A DNA stretch of 64,000 nucleotides from Desulfosoma sp. (GTDB taxonomy: Bacteria > Desulfobacterota > Syntrophobacteria > Syntrophobacterales > DSM-9756), in the NCBI GenBank assembly GCA_037481835.1, contig JBBFKW010000003.1:32001-96000 (forward strand). The letters are read 5' to 3'. This document shows, in pieces, positions 49,535 through 59,726 of the stretch. How positions within the stretch are numbered: the first letter of the stretch is position 1; each line of letters starts with the position of its first letter. The notes under the pieces are model-generated. The model had not been told where the DNA came from and did not search any database. It saw only the letters and a program-made list of their open reading frames with translations. The translations under genes and the position numbers were made by a program.

Positions 49535-50869
49535 TCATGAGTCCTTGTGGTCGTGCCGGGGCCCTGCCGTTTCATAGTATCGCCGGTAGAGCACGGCATT
49601 GGAAACCCCCAGGAAGTGGGCAAACAGGGTGGCGTGATTGCGGAGCGACGTCTTGAGCAGGCCTCCGGCGAGGTAACGGCGTGGAGAGGTCGGCAACGCA
49701 TCGGGAACGACGAGGAGCCGGCCCAGGGGTCGGCACGAGCGCACAAAGTCCACATCTTCCATGAGATAGGGCCGGCGGAAGCCTCCGACCGCATCAAAGG
49801 TATCCCTGCGGCAGAACATGCCTTGGTCGCCGTAGGGCAAACGAAACAGACGCGTTCTCAAATTGGCCCAGGCCGCGATGGCGTTCAGAGCGCGGTTGGT
49901 AGGGGAGAAAGCCAGGCGGAAACAACCCAAGGCGAAACGTTCGTCCCGGGCGATGGTTCGCACCTGGTAGGCCGCCGCAAAATTGGGAAGACAATCGTCG
50001 TGGAGAAACCAGAGAATCCTCCCGGGGCTCACTCGGACTCCGGCATTCATCTGCAGCCCGCGTCCCAGAGCGCTTTCGACCCACACAAGGCCGTTTGCCC
50101 GTTTGTTTTCCGAAAGGGGCGGCGAGGATGAGCCGTGGACGACGCACAGGGTATCCTGGGGCCAGAGGATCCCCTGGAGGGTCTGCAGCCACGGGCGCAG
50201 CGCCGCCCTGGGTGCCGTCGTGGGAACAATGACGGAGACGGGGTTCGAAAACGCCCAGTGGCGGTCCAGACAAGAAAGATCGTCCGGGCGGTCGATATCG
50301 GTCCGGACGGGCAAAAGGGCGGGAGGGAGGCCGAGGCGTTCCAGGGACGTTCGGGTTCGTTCAAAGACATCGGCCGTTCCCCAGGAAGGGGAGGTGAAAA
50401 TGGGCGGACACGGCCGACGAAGCCCGATGGCGTAAAAACCGCCGTCCCGGGCCGGGCCCAGCACGGCGTCCCGGTAATGCAAGCTTTGGAAGGCGTTTCG
50501 AAGATCCTTCGCGCTGAGATCGCAAAGATCGGATCCCACGAGAACGACCGTGCCGTAGCCTCGATGGAAAAGTTCTTGAAAGGCTTCGGCCATGCGTCGG
50601 CCCAGGTGTTCCCCCTTTTGGGCAACGACCGGCCACGGGACGCCGAAACGCCGGCGGAAGGCTTCGAGGTGTTCCTCCGCGCTTACGGCCACAAAGACGG
50701 CCGTGTCCGGGCAGAGCCGGCAAAAATCATGGACGACGCCCAAGGTGTAGCGAAGGAGCTTTTCGTAAAGGTCGCAGGCCGCTTGCGCGCCCAGGTCCGG
50801 CACCAGCCGTGTCTTGACCTTTCCCGGTTCGGGGTGGCGCGCGAAAACGATGAGGGCTTTTCGATCCAT
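49535..50869 (-). CDS. Fusion of DUF2064/TIGR04282-type transferase and GT2 TIGR04283-type glycosyltransferase
   Basis: FARHPEPGKVKTRL, Q.G.HLG.RM, GSD, LGPARDGGFY.IG, DID..DDL; then GRG.QMNAG, FLHDD, PYGDQG.F, GGF....MED, TSPRRY. Confidence 0.85.
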   Translation of the reverse strand: MDRKALIVFARHPEPGKVKTRLVPDLGAQAACDLYEKLLRYTLGVVHDFCRLCPDTAVFVAVSAEEHLEAFRRRFGVPWPVVAQKGEHLGRRMAEAFQELFHRGYGTVVLVGSDLCDLSAKDLRNAFQSLHYRDAVLGPARDGGFYAIGLRRPCPPIFTSPSWGTADVFERTRTSLERLGLPPALLPVRTDIDRPDDLSCLDRHWAFSNPVSVIVPTTAPRAALRPWLQTLQGILWPQDTLCVVHGSSSPPLSENKRANGLVWVESALGRGLQMNAGVRVSPGRILWFLHDDCLPNFAAAYQVRTIARDERFALGCFRLAFSPTNRALNAIAAWANLRTRLFRLPYGDQGMFCRRDTFDAVGGFRRPYLMEDVDFVRSCRPLGRLLVVPDALPTSPRRYLAGGLLKTSLRNHATLFAHFLGVSNAVLYRRYYETAGPRHDHKDS

Positions 50870-52833
50870 CAGTACGCGAGACTACCCAGGGAACGCATGA
50901 TGAGCGTAAAACCCATGGCGAGCATGCCCATGAGGCCCATGCCGCATGAAAATCCGGCAAGGAGCACCGGGGCGTACTGGCGCCAGGCCAACCCGTACTT
51001 CTTGGAAAAGTAATAGCGGCCGAGGAAGGCCCCGATGATTTCCAGGAAGATGCCGTGAGGCGTGGACTGGCCCAGGCCTCGCACGATCCCGTAAATGAGC
51101 AGGATGGGCCAGTGGAAGAGGCTCAGGACGGCATAGACCACGGTGCCCAGCCCCAGGCCCCAGAGGACGTATTGGCCCTTCAGGGCTTCGAAGAAAGGGG
51201 AATAGCCTTCCAGAGTGGCGCTTTGCAGGAGCAGCGTGTTTAGCGCCTGCAGGTGCCAGAGTTCTTGGGCGTACGGGTACTGGCTCGACGGGATGGGGGC
51301 CAGTCTCCAGATGTATTGGGAGAACAGAAGGCTGGCGATCATGACCACCGGAAAGACCAAGATTTCCGCCTTGATGATGCTTCGAAAGCTCGTGCCCGTC
51401 AATTCGATTTCCCGCCAGCGCACCGTGGCCTTTCCGTAATTGTGAAAGGGGATGGGCGCATACCAAATGCCGATCCCATGGTAGCCGAAAAACTTGGACG
51501 CGGCGATGAAACTGGCTTCCCGCACCATGGGAAGACTCACGAACTGGCCCGTGATGCCCTCCATGCGCGCTGAGACGTAACTGATGAACGGCGTATACAC
51601 GAACCCGTAGGCCACGAGAAAGATCCACGGGAAGCCCGGCACGAGGATGGAACACAGGACCACATAGGCAAGGGTTGAAGCCACATAGATGGCGATGGCG
51701 ATCCACACGCTGAAATCGCCTCGACCCGGCGGCGGTTCGAAGAGCTTTTTCAGCCTCTCGCGAAGCGGTGCCATGGAATCAGAGCGCAGTCCTCGAAAAA
51801 CCTGGACGATGCCGATCACCGCGATGGCCAACCCGATGCCGATGCCGAAGCTCATGTAAAAGTCGAAATTATTGGCGAAAACCGTGTCCACCGTGCCCAT
51901 GCCCTTATGCCAGCGCTGCAGGATCCCGTGGTGGTACAAAACGGGATTGGCCGCCAAGGTGATGAGGAACCCGATGGCGCCACCCATGACGGCCCAGAAG
52001 GGCAACACCATGCCGATGAAGAGCAGGCCCAGGTCCAACTGAATGCCGGTGGCCACCGCCGGCAGAATGTCTTCCGTCACCGGGGTGAGCTCGATCCAGG
52101 GAATGGGAAGGAGCCGCACGGGTTCCGAGAGGATCACCCCGGAGGCGGCCGGAAGGAGGACGTAGATCGACCCGAAACACAACCCGATCATGCCGCCGAT
52201 GGAAAACAGCCGCCATTTCCAGCCCGTCTCCTTCTTTTCCGTGGATTCGGCCAGGGCCATGTTGCCCAAGGCCCCAACGGGCGCCATGGGAAAGGGGAGC
52301 TTTTCCACATCGGAGGTCAGCCGGTACAGGGCATAGCCCAAACCGAAATGATCCACGGCCTGGATGAGCTCAAAGCCCACCATGAGCAGAATGGGCACCA
52401 GCCAATCCCTGTGGAAGAAGGTCCTTTCGATGAGGGATTCGGACCCCGGCTGGGGCGCCACCCAGGAGGGGATGTACTGGGTGAGCCCGAGCATCCTGGC
52501 CGCTTCCGACTGCACCAGGTATTGGTTCCACAGAAGGCCGGAAAACGGCGAGGCCATGGCGGCTCCGGCCATGTAGTAAAGCACGAAAATTTCCTGCTGG
52601 TTCAGCCTCGTGTAGGCCCGTTTGGCCACTTCCGCAAAAAGGATAATCGTCACCCACCGCGCCGCCGGGCCGATCCCGGTGCCGATCACCAGCCCCAGGT
52701 ACATGGACCCGGGCATCATGAGAAAGCCGATGAAGATGGCTCCGATGACGGATTTCCATCCGAAGCCGTCGCGGAATTCTTCCGGGGGCTTCAGAAGATC
52801 CCGATATTCTTTAAGTTCCTTGTCCTCGATCAT
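50869..52833 (-). CDS. Oligopeptide-transporter-like integral membrane protein
   Basis: About 16 hydrophobic segments; PGSMYLGL, AARWVT.ILF.E, SDVEKLPFPMAPV; ATG 52833 chosen inside ORF 50869..53190. Confidence 0.7.
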   Translation of the reverse strand: MIEDKELKEYRDLLKPPEEFRDGFGWKSVIGAIFIGFLMMPGSMYLGLVIGTGIGPAARWVTIILFAEVAKRAYTRLNQQEIFVLYYMAGAAMASPFSGLLWNQYLVQSEAARMLGLTQYIPSWVAPQPGSESLIERTFFHRDWLVPILLMVGFELIQAVDHFGLGYALYRLTSDVEKLPFPMAPVGALGNMALAESTEKKETGWKWRLFSIGGMIGLCFGSIYVLLPAASGVILSEPVRLLPIPWIELTPVTEDILPAVATGIQLDLGLLFIGMVLPFWAVMGGAIGFLITLAANPVLYHHGILQRWHKGMGTVDTVFANNFDFYMSFGIGIGLAIAVIGIVQVFRGLRSDSMAPLRERLKKLFEPPPGRGDFSVWIAIAIYVASTLAYVVLCSILVPGFPWIFLVAYGFVYTPFISYVSARMEGITGQFVSLPMVREASFIAASKFFGYHGIGIWYAPIPFHNYGKATVRWREIELTGTSFRSIIKAEILVFPVVMIASLLFSQYIWRLAPIPSSQYPYAQELWHLQALNTLLLQSATLEGYSPFFEALKGQYVLWGLGLGTVVYAVLSLFHWPILLIYGIVRGLGQSTPHGIFLEIIGAFLGRYYFSKKYGLAWRQYAPVLLAGFSCGMGLMGMLAMGFTLIMRSLGSLAY

Positions 52834-52874
52834 GGGACGTCTCCGCGTGCCGTTCCCTGCACCGCCCGAAGGAC

Positions 52875-54857
52875 CTACAAAGGAAGCACATGATAGCTGA
52901 TGGGCATGAACAGACCGACGATGAGCCACGCGACGGCCATGACCATGTCTCCCACGATGAGGCCGATGAAGAGCCGTCGCACTTCCTTGAAGCTCTGGAC
53001 GCCGCCGTAGCGCAGCACCAGGGTGTTGCACACCCATCCCACGAGAAAGCTGAACCACAAGATGCGCAATGCCGAACTGTACGTGGTGAGGTATCCGATG
53101 GGATGCAAGGGCCACCACAGAAAGCGCCGATACCCGAAGACCAAAAGCGCCATGACCGCAGCCCCCACCCCGGCGAAAACCATGCTCCACTTCTTGGGCT
53201 CTTCGGGATAGCGAAGCAGCTGCGCCACACCTTCATGAACCCGCCGGCTCGTTTCCACGGCCCAGTCGTCCGGAAGCATGCTGATGCCGTATTGAAAGCT
53301 CATAACGAGCATGGCCGCACCCGAAACGATGACGCCCAAAACAATGGCGGCAAGAATGCCGAACAAAAAGCGCCGCCGCGTGCGGAGCCCCTCCGCCGCC
53401 TTGGACGCATGAAAAAGGGACGGCATCAAGGATTCCCGCACGTCCACGAACGCCACCTTTTGAATGACGAGCGCCATGGCCAGGGTCAGGGGCGCAAGGG
53501 TCTTCGTTGCCGTCATGGACAAAAAACCGTCGGACGGGGCGGCCGTAAGGGTGAAGTAGGGCAGGCCGCCCTGGCAGATAAGACGGGCGGTCACCACGTG
53601 GAGCATGAAGCAGACGCCGAGGAAAAACGCCGCCGCGACGGGATCCATGCCGAAGGAGATCATCCACACGACGGCTCCCAGTCCTCCGCCGAGAAAAAGG
53701 ACCATGGATGTCCTGGGATGCAGGAGGCTCTTGGGAGGCTCCTCTCCTGACGCATTCCGCCCGGTGAAGCTCACGAGCACTTCCTTCAGGTGGTACCGGG
53801 CGAGCCACACAATGAAGAAGAAAAACACGGCGAAGGCGCCGATCATCTGCATTTCTTCCACCCGGGCGAGCACCGGGCCGAAGGTGGTCCCCAGGGCCGC
53901 CGACGGAAGCTTCCATCCCACGAGCTGCAGAAGTCCCGGCAGGAGGCCCCCCAGCAGGAAGAAAAACCACAGGCTGAAGGAGACCTGTTTGGACGTGAGG
54001 TACGCAAACCCGATGAAGGCGGGATAAAGGTAGATTTTGACCTTGGCGAAGCCCGAAAGGAGCCCTTCCCGCGGGATGTAGGGCTGTGCCAGAAACAAGA
54101 CGGGAATCTGGGGCACCTGGGGGTAATAGGTATGCAGCCCGTTCAACAGATGAAGCAGTACGGGGATGGAAAATCCGATGAGGAAAGTCTTTCGCGCGAA
54201 ATAACGGCCAAGGGCCCCCTTTTCGGATTCTTGGCCGATTTCCATGGGCACCCGAAGGAGCGGGAAATTCATCTTTTCGTTTTCGATCCACTGGTGGCTG
54301 AAAAGCCCGGTGAGGCCCAAAAAGGCCGCGTACACGCAGACGATGAAAACACCCCACAGGCTCAGGGGCGCGACCCAAATGGACCACGGAATCCGCGAGA
54401 GGACTTCGTACCAGGCGAGGTTCCGACCGCCTTCCAAACCACGGTACAGAAGCTGCACCGTTTCGGTGTCCTTGGGAAAGAGCCCGTCGGGCAGGAGCTC
54501 AAGGAGAGCCTTGCCTGCCGGGTGGCCCGTGGCCGTAAGCCAGGCCGGCGTGGAGATGTTGATGAGAAACGTGCGGAAAAGGCCCGTATAAGCGATTCCC
54601 GTGGACACGGTGACCATGGCCCACAGGAGTAGAAGTTCATGGGCGGCCAAGGCGGCTCGAGGACTGATTTTTCGGGCCACGGGGTTGTACAGCACGGCGA
54701 AAAGCAGCAGCACGGCGAAAGAGGTCAGGGGGAAATGTCCGCCCGCAAGGGGGCTGTTTTGAAGCCGCACGTTGTTGTACGGAGTCAGCGCGCAGAAGAG
54801 AACCGACAGGAGAATGCCGACTCCCACAACGCCCCAGCGCAGTTTTCGTCCATGCAT
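52875..54857 (-). CDS. DUF6785/DUF6784-like polytopic membrane protein (OPT-related)
   Basis: QWIENEKMNFPL, LNGLH.Y.P..P, WWPLHPIGY, RYGG...F. Confidence 0.7.
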   Translation of the reverse strand: MHGRKLRWGVVGVGILLSVLFCALTPYNNVRLQNSPLAGGHFPLTSFAVLLLFAVLYNPVARKISPRAALAAHELLLLWAMVTVSTGIAYTGLFRTFLINISTPAWLTATGHPAGKALLELLPDGLFPKDTETVQLLYRGLEGGRNLAWYEVLSRIPWSIWVAPLSLWGVFIVCVYAAFLGLTGLFSHQWIENEKMNFPLLRVPMEIGQESEKGALGRYFARKTFLIGFSIPVLLHLLNGLHTYYPQVPQIPVLFLAQPYIPREGLLSGFAKVKIYLYPAFIGFAYLTSKQVSFSLWFFFLLGGLLPGLLQLVGWKLPSAALGTTFGPVLARVEEMQMIGAFAVFFFFIVWLARYHLKEVLVSFTGRNASGEEPPKSLLHPRTSMVLFLGGGLGAVVWMISFGMDPVAAAFFLGVCFMLHVVTARLICQGGLPYFTLTAAPSDGFLSMTATKTLAPLTLAMALVIQKVAFVDVRESLMPSLFHASKAAEGLRTRRRFLFGILAAIVLGVIVSGAAMLVMSFQYGISMLPDDWAVETSRRVHEGVAQLLRYPEEPKKWSMVFAGVGAAVMALLVFGYRRFLWWPLHPIGYLTTYSSALRILWFSFLVGWVCNTLVLRYGGVQSFKEVRRLFIGLIVGDMVMAVAWLIVGLFMPISYHVLPL

Positions 54858-54860
54858 GGC

Positions 54861-57800
54861 CTATCCTTGCCCTGTGAAGGAAGCCGGCACGGGAGCGGGT
54901 GCCGCTTCGGGGCCGAGGGGTGCGGCCCAGCGGGTGTAAAGGGCCTTGGTGTTCGCGTCCAGGAGCCGCCACAAAAGCATCTGCTTGCGCATGACCTTGA
55001 TGAAATTGCGGTTGGCGCGCTGCCATGCCGTGCGTTCCCCGGAAAGGCGGATCATCTGCAGCGCCACTTCCATGTAGCCGGGATCGTCCGCCGACGGGCA
55101 GCAGTGCAGATGGAGCCTCTGCTTGATGCCGAAATCGAAGGGGGCCAGCCACACGTTGGCGTAGAGCCACATGCAGACCGGTTCGGGAAGGTGCGTGCCG
55201 TCGCTTTCCGGGGCGGCCGGGGCGAGGTGCACGTCGTCCACGATGAAGGGCCCTTGAGCCACATCCTGGTGATCCCGGATGAAAGCGCTCAGAAAGGCCA
55301 TGATCCCCGGTTCTTCTTCGGGCTTGAGAAGGAAGGGCAGATGGAGTTCCAGGAGATCCCCTTGGGCCTTGGGCACGGTCCAGGTGCGGGTCACATCGGG
55401 CATGGCCAAGGCGGCGGCCACGCGCGCCGGATACAAGGACGCCAAGAGCACCACGGAAAAGACGAGGACCATGCACGCCACGCTGGCCAGGGAGGAGTAG
55501 TTGAAGGTAAGTTCGGAAAAGAGCTGGGTTTTTCCCAAGAAGTGGGCTGTGAGCTGGGCGAGGATGTAGCCGATGACCGTGGAAAGGACCGCTAGGGAGA
55601 GGGCTTCCACGATGAACAAGAATCCCACGTGGTTGGGGGCGAGGCCTACGGAGGTGTAGACGCCGATTTCCGATTTGCGCTCATGAACATGGCCGATCAT
55701 GGTGTTTAGGCAGATGAAAACCACGATGAGCATGGGCACGAGCAGATTGGCCACTCCTTGGTAGCGCAGGGTCTTGGCCGCCGAATGAAAATACGTGACG
55801 TCGGCTCCGACGTAGAGGGGGTAGGTGAGCCTGCGGGAAAGGTCGTCGGCGATGTCCAAGGCCGTTTCGGACGTGTCGGTAATGAGCGCGACCGCCCGCA
55901 ACGTGCCTCCCAAGGAAAGGCACGTGTGGTGCGGAATCAGAACGACGGCATCGCCCGCCGCCGAGCGGAACCGTTCGACCATGGGCCCGACGGCCTCCCC
56001 GGCTTGCATGGCTTCCGCTTCGGCCTCGGAAAGGTCTTCGTCCGGGGAAATTTCTAAGTAAGCGGGTTTGACGGAGGTGCCGTCCAGGTCGGTAAAAGTT
56101 TCCAGGTGGTTCGGATCGAAAAAACCGATGACGGTCAAGGGGACTTCCCACAAATGGACGACCGCCCCCACGTCCCGGGTGGGCTCCAGACCCAGCTTTC
56201 GTGCCAAACTCGTGGGAAGGAGCACCGCCCGGCCGTCTTCTTCGGTGAACCACCGGCCCGCTGTGACGATCTTTTTCAGGGCCTCTGGCGCATGGGGGCC
56301 GACCCCGAGGACCCCTTCCACGGGGACCACCTCGTTACGGGCGGCGACGGATGCGACGGCCCGAAGGGATGGATGAGAGGGGTCGATCCAGGAACGGGGC
56401 CACAGCACGGCCCGATTCCCGTAGCGTGCCGCAAGACTTTCCAAGGAGACGGACGTCAGAGGCCTCCACAGATGATGGTGCAGAAGCACCCCCACGTAGG
56501 CCGGGGTTTCCCCTACCCGGGTCATGGTCGTCTTCGTTAGGCTCCGGACGTTGGTAAACGACATGATGGTGAAGGTGAGGATGATCAGGGTCACCGAAGT
56601 GAGTGCCGTGCGAAGGCGCCTTCGATTCAGGTTGGAGGCTCCGATGGCGAACCCGGCCCCGAAGGCCTGCCACTTGTTGACACTTTCCTTGGCCGCCGCC
56701 GGAGAGCCGCCGCCCGCCGACGTCCCTCCCATTTCTTGTTCGAATCGCATGAAGAGGATCCAGGATACCAAGACGCTCAGCGCCACGATAAAAAAGGCGA
56801 TGATGACCACCATGGGGTTGTAGGTCAGGCGGAAAGCCGGGTGCAGGGCGCGGATGGTGAGGATGGTGGCGATGAGAAGCAGGAAAAAGGCCGTGATCTG
56901 CTTGTAGATGTTTCGAAAGCAGAAGAGATAGCGTTCCAGGCAGTAAGCGAAAGGCACAAAGAGGGCGATGAAGAACATGACCCCGCCCAAGACGTCCCTT
57001 TGGGTGTTTTCGATTTCGTTGTAGACGGAATTGAGTTTGGCCCAGGCGGACACGGTCCTGTCCCAGGCGAGGCTGTGGCGCAGGGCGGTTTCATCCTCGC
57101 GCGCCCGCTCCCGCTCTTCCAAGGCGTCCCGGTACAGGTTTTCCAAATAGCGGTTACTGATGCCATGGGCGATGAGATTTTTCAGGCGCTCGCCCACCAA
57201 GTGGACCAGATCTTCCACGACCCGCTCAGGGGTTCGCGTGATCACGGAAGGCTCCCCGATAGCGTAGCCCAAGCCCATGGGGTTTTCGGCATCGCCTTTG
57301 ATGAGCAGGAATTCCTTGCGCAGCAGCGTGTCGGAAAGGATGACCTTGAATCGGGCGCCCCTTTCCAAAAACAGGGACACGGCGAAAGTGTCCCGGCCGT
57401 CCACGCGGCTGTACCAATACCGCAATGGACGCGCTCCCGTAACCCCGTCCAACACGGTGATCTTGGTCAGGTAATCCAGGCGCTGGGGGTCCAAGACGCC
57501 CACGATGTCCGTCTGCCGGCAGGGAAACATGACCAGCGTCGTGGAAGCGATGCGCCCCTTGATGTTCAGGCGGTAACTATCCTTGGAGGTCTGCACCTTG
57601 TCGGCGACCCAGCGGATCTTTCCCGTTTCGGGATCGACCCCATAGGGTTCCAGGATGAGCTTTTGGAAGGCGACCCGCTTGTTGGCCACCGCCGGGATGA
57701 AAAAGGAGCCGTCGCGAAAGGTCATGGCCCGAACGAGGGAATTGCCTTGCAAAGCGCAGACAATGGTTCCCGGAGCCGGCTTGTCCGGGAAGAGTTCCCC

Positions 57801-59645
57801 TTGCCGGATGAACATGGCGCGGCCTTCCACCGACGCCAGGCCTTCAAAGCCCATCCGGCAGCTTTCCTTGAGTTTGGGATGGCCGAGGACCTTGGCCAAA
57901 ATGGCGGGGAAGGCGTCTTGGTAGGCTCTGACGCCGTCCCAATCCATCCGGGTCTTGACGTCTTCGGGCGTTTCCCAGAGGGTGCGCCGGTTGTTGGCCC
58001 CGGTGAGGGCGAAAGACGGACAGCCGGTCAAGGCGCCGATATCGCACGCCATGCAGTGGGGCCCTTGGCTTTCCACGGCGCGGGGTGCCGTGTCCGCACC
58101 ATGGCGGGCCGTTTTTTCAAAAAGAGGGGCCCGTCCCGTGTGCCGGGCCACCTCTTCCGCCGCCTGGCGGAAAAAATCGGCCAGAGCCACATTGCGAACG
58201 AGCCGGTACACCTGCTCGCGCAAGGGAAAGGTGCCACCCCATTCGCTGAGGGTGACCCAGCGGGAGTGGGACGACAGGGACAGGCCGATGTGGAGCACCC
58301 TTTCGAAATCGTCCGCCAGGGAGCGCAAATCCCCCCACGATTTGACGGCCTTCAGCCGGGCTTGGGTTTCCGCGCGTTCCTTTTGCAGGTCTCCGAGCCC
58401 CGAGCGGATGAGATCCACGGCCAAAGCGCGTTCCTCCGGCCCCAGTTCCTCGGGCGATTCCTTCCAGCTTAGGCGCCGATACACCAGCGCCTGCGCCGCC
58501 AGGGCCTTTTCATGGGGGGCCTCGCGGCTCAAACGATCCGCTTCGTCCTTGGCCCGTTCCACGACATGGGACCACACTCGGGACAGGGCGCGTGGATCCT
58601 CGGGGTCGGGCTGCATGGGGTCGGGTCGGGAAAGGAGCCCGAGGAGTTCCTGCAGGTCTTTTTGTCTGTCCGAAAGGGTGCGCTGTTCTTGCCGGAGGGT
58701 GCGCCGAGGTGCTTCCAAAGCCCACAGGAAATGGCGCGTGCCCGAAAGGCCCTGGCCGTGGCCGGATACCGCCGCAAGAAGAACGCTTCGCGCCGGCGGA
58801 TCGGCCGCCAGGACCTCGGCCAGATGGACCAGCACGGCCGCCGAAAGAGCCTGGTCGGCGCCCGGAGCCAACCCGACCACGTGGGATGCCGCATCGTATG
58901 GCGCTTCGATAATGACGAGTTCTTTGGCGAGATCCGGCGAGGATCCCGGAATCAGCCCGTAGACGTTGTGCGCCGTTCGGTGTTCCCAGTGGCTGCGAAC
59001 GTATGCGTGCGCCCGCGCGTTTCGGGATGCGGCCCGGCGCAGGGCCGCGCCCACTTCGGGCGGAACGTAAAACCTCGGAAAATCCAAAGGGGTCGGGATG
59101 TCCTTCACGGCGAAGTCGTCCCGGCTGTCTTCCGCCCCGCCGAGGAAGATGACGGCCTTGGCCCCCATCTGGGCGGCGAACCACCAGTTTTCCCCGGAAG
59201 AGACGTCCATGAGCACGAGAGCGTCTTGGATGGTGTGCCCGTCGAATCGGTGCAACGCCCCGTCCCCGACGTCCACCAAGGGACCTTCAAGGCCCGAAGG
59301 CGGCGTTTGAGACAGCATGGCCATGTTGGGAGCCCAGGGAAAGAGGGGGTAGGTTTCCGATCCCACGGTGATCCTCCCCTCGTCCAAAACGGGAACGGGC
59401 ACAAAGAAAGCCTGGCGGCCGACGGGTTTGAGGCCCGCACGTTCAAAGGCTTGGGCGATGTAGTCGGCGGCGGCCTCGCAGCCCGGAGATCCTGTGGAAC
59501 GGTCGGTGGTTTGGGTGAGGGCTTCCAGGTGGCGAAAGAGGGGGTCTTCCGCCCGGGCGACGGCGCATGCGGAAAAAACGCCCATGAGGACGGCGAGAAG
59601 GACGGCGGAAACCCGAAATGTGCGGCGTCGTGCCTTCATGTTCAC
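54861..59645 (-). CDS. Giant (1594 aa) M28-peptidase-like + FtsX/MacB permease fusion
   Basis: Signal peptide; DRSTGSPG..AA.YI, PA-like insert, NVYG.IPG..E.VII.A.YD..APGAD; TM block, RRRLRTALT, V.ER.SEIG...SVGL.P (FtsX). Confidence 0.8.
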   Translation of the reverse strand: MNMKARRRTFRVSAVLLAVLMGVFSACAVARAEDPLFRHLEALTQTTDRSTGSPGCEAAADYIAQAFERAGLKPVGRQAFFVPVPVLDEGRITVGSETYPLFPWAPNMAMLSQTPPSGLEGPLVDVGDGALHRFDGHTIQDALVLMDVSSGENWWFAAQMGAKAVIFLGGAEDSRDDFAVKDIPTPLDFPRFYVPPEVGAALRRAASRNARAHAYVRSHWEHRTAHNVYGLIPGSSPDLAKELVIIEAPYDAASHVVGLAPGADQALSAAVLVHLAEVLAADPPARSVLLAAVSGHGQGLSGTRHFLWALEAPRRTLRQEQRTLSDRQKDLQELLGLLSRPDPMQPDPEDPRALSRVWSHVVERAKDEADRLSREAPHEKALAAQALVYRRLSWKESPEELGPEERALAVDLIRSGLGDLQKERAETQARLKAVKSWGDLRSLADDFERVLHIGLSLSSHSRWVTLSEWGGTFPLREQVYRLVRNVALADFFRQAAEEVARHTGRAPLFEKTARHGADTAPRAVESQGPHCMACDIGALTGCPSFALTGANNRRTLWETPEDVKTRMDWDGVRAYQDAFPAILAKVLGHPKLKESCRMGFEGLASVEGRAMFIRQGELFPDKPAPGTIVCALQGNSLVRAMTFRDGSFFIPAVANKRVAFQKLILEPYGVDPETGKIRWVADKVQTSKDSYRLNIKGRIASTTLVMFPCRQTDIVGVLDPQRLDYLTKITVLDGVTGARPLRYWYSRVDGRDTFAVSLFLERGARFKVILSDTLLRKEFLLIKGDAENPMGLGYAIGEPSVITRTPERVVEDLVHLVGERLKNLIAHGISNRYLENLYRDALEERERAREDETALRHSLAWDRTVSAWAKLNSVYNEIENTQRDVLGGVMFFIALFVPFAYCLERYLFCFRNIYKQITAFFLLLIATILTIRALHPAFRLTYNPMVVIIAFFIVALSVLVSWILFMRFEQEMGGTSAGGGSPAAAKESVNKWQAFGAGFAIGASNLNRRRLRTALTSVTLIILTFTIMSFTNVRSLTKTTMTRVGETPAYVGVLLHHHLWRPLTSVSLESLAARYGNRAVLWPRSWIDPSHPSLRAVASVAARNEVVPVEGVLGVGPHAPEALKKIVTAGRWFTEEDGRAVLLPTSLARKLGLEPTRDVGAVVHLWEVPLTVIGFFDPNHLETFTDLDGTSVKPAYLEISPDEDLSEAEAEAMQAGEAVGPMVERFRSAAGDAVVLIPHHTCLSLGGTLRAVALITDTSETALDIADDLSRRLTYPLYVGADVTYFHSAAKTLRYQGVANLLVPMLIVVFICLNTMIGHVHERKSEIGVYTSVGLAPNHVGFLFIVEALSLAVLSTVIGYILAQLTAHFLGKTQLFSELTFNYSSLASVACMVLVFSVVLLASLYPARVAAALAMPDVTRTWTVPKAQGDLLELHLPFLLKPEEEPGIMAFLSAFIRDHQDVAQGPFIVDDVHLAPAAPESDGTHLPEPVCMWLYANVWLAPFDFGIKQRLHLHCCPSADDPGYMEVALQMIRLSGERTAWQRANRNFIKVMRKQMLLWRLLDANTKALYTRWAAPLGPEAAPAPVPASFTGQG

Positions 59646-59726
59646 CCGGAGAATGTCTTTGTGCCCTCTTCACAAGGGCTTTGATTTACGGGCTGAGGGC
59701 CGAAACCCGCTCTGCGGCGATAAGCC

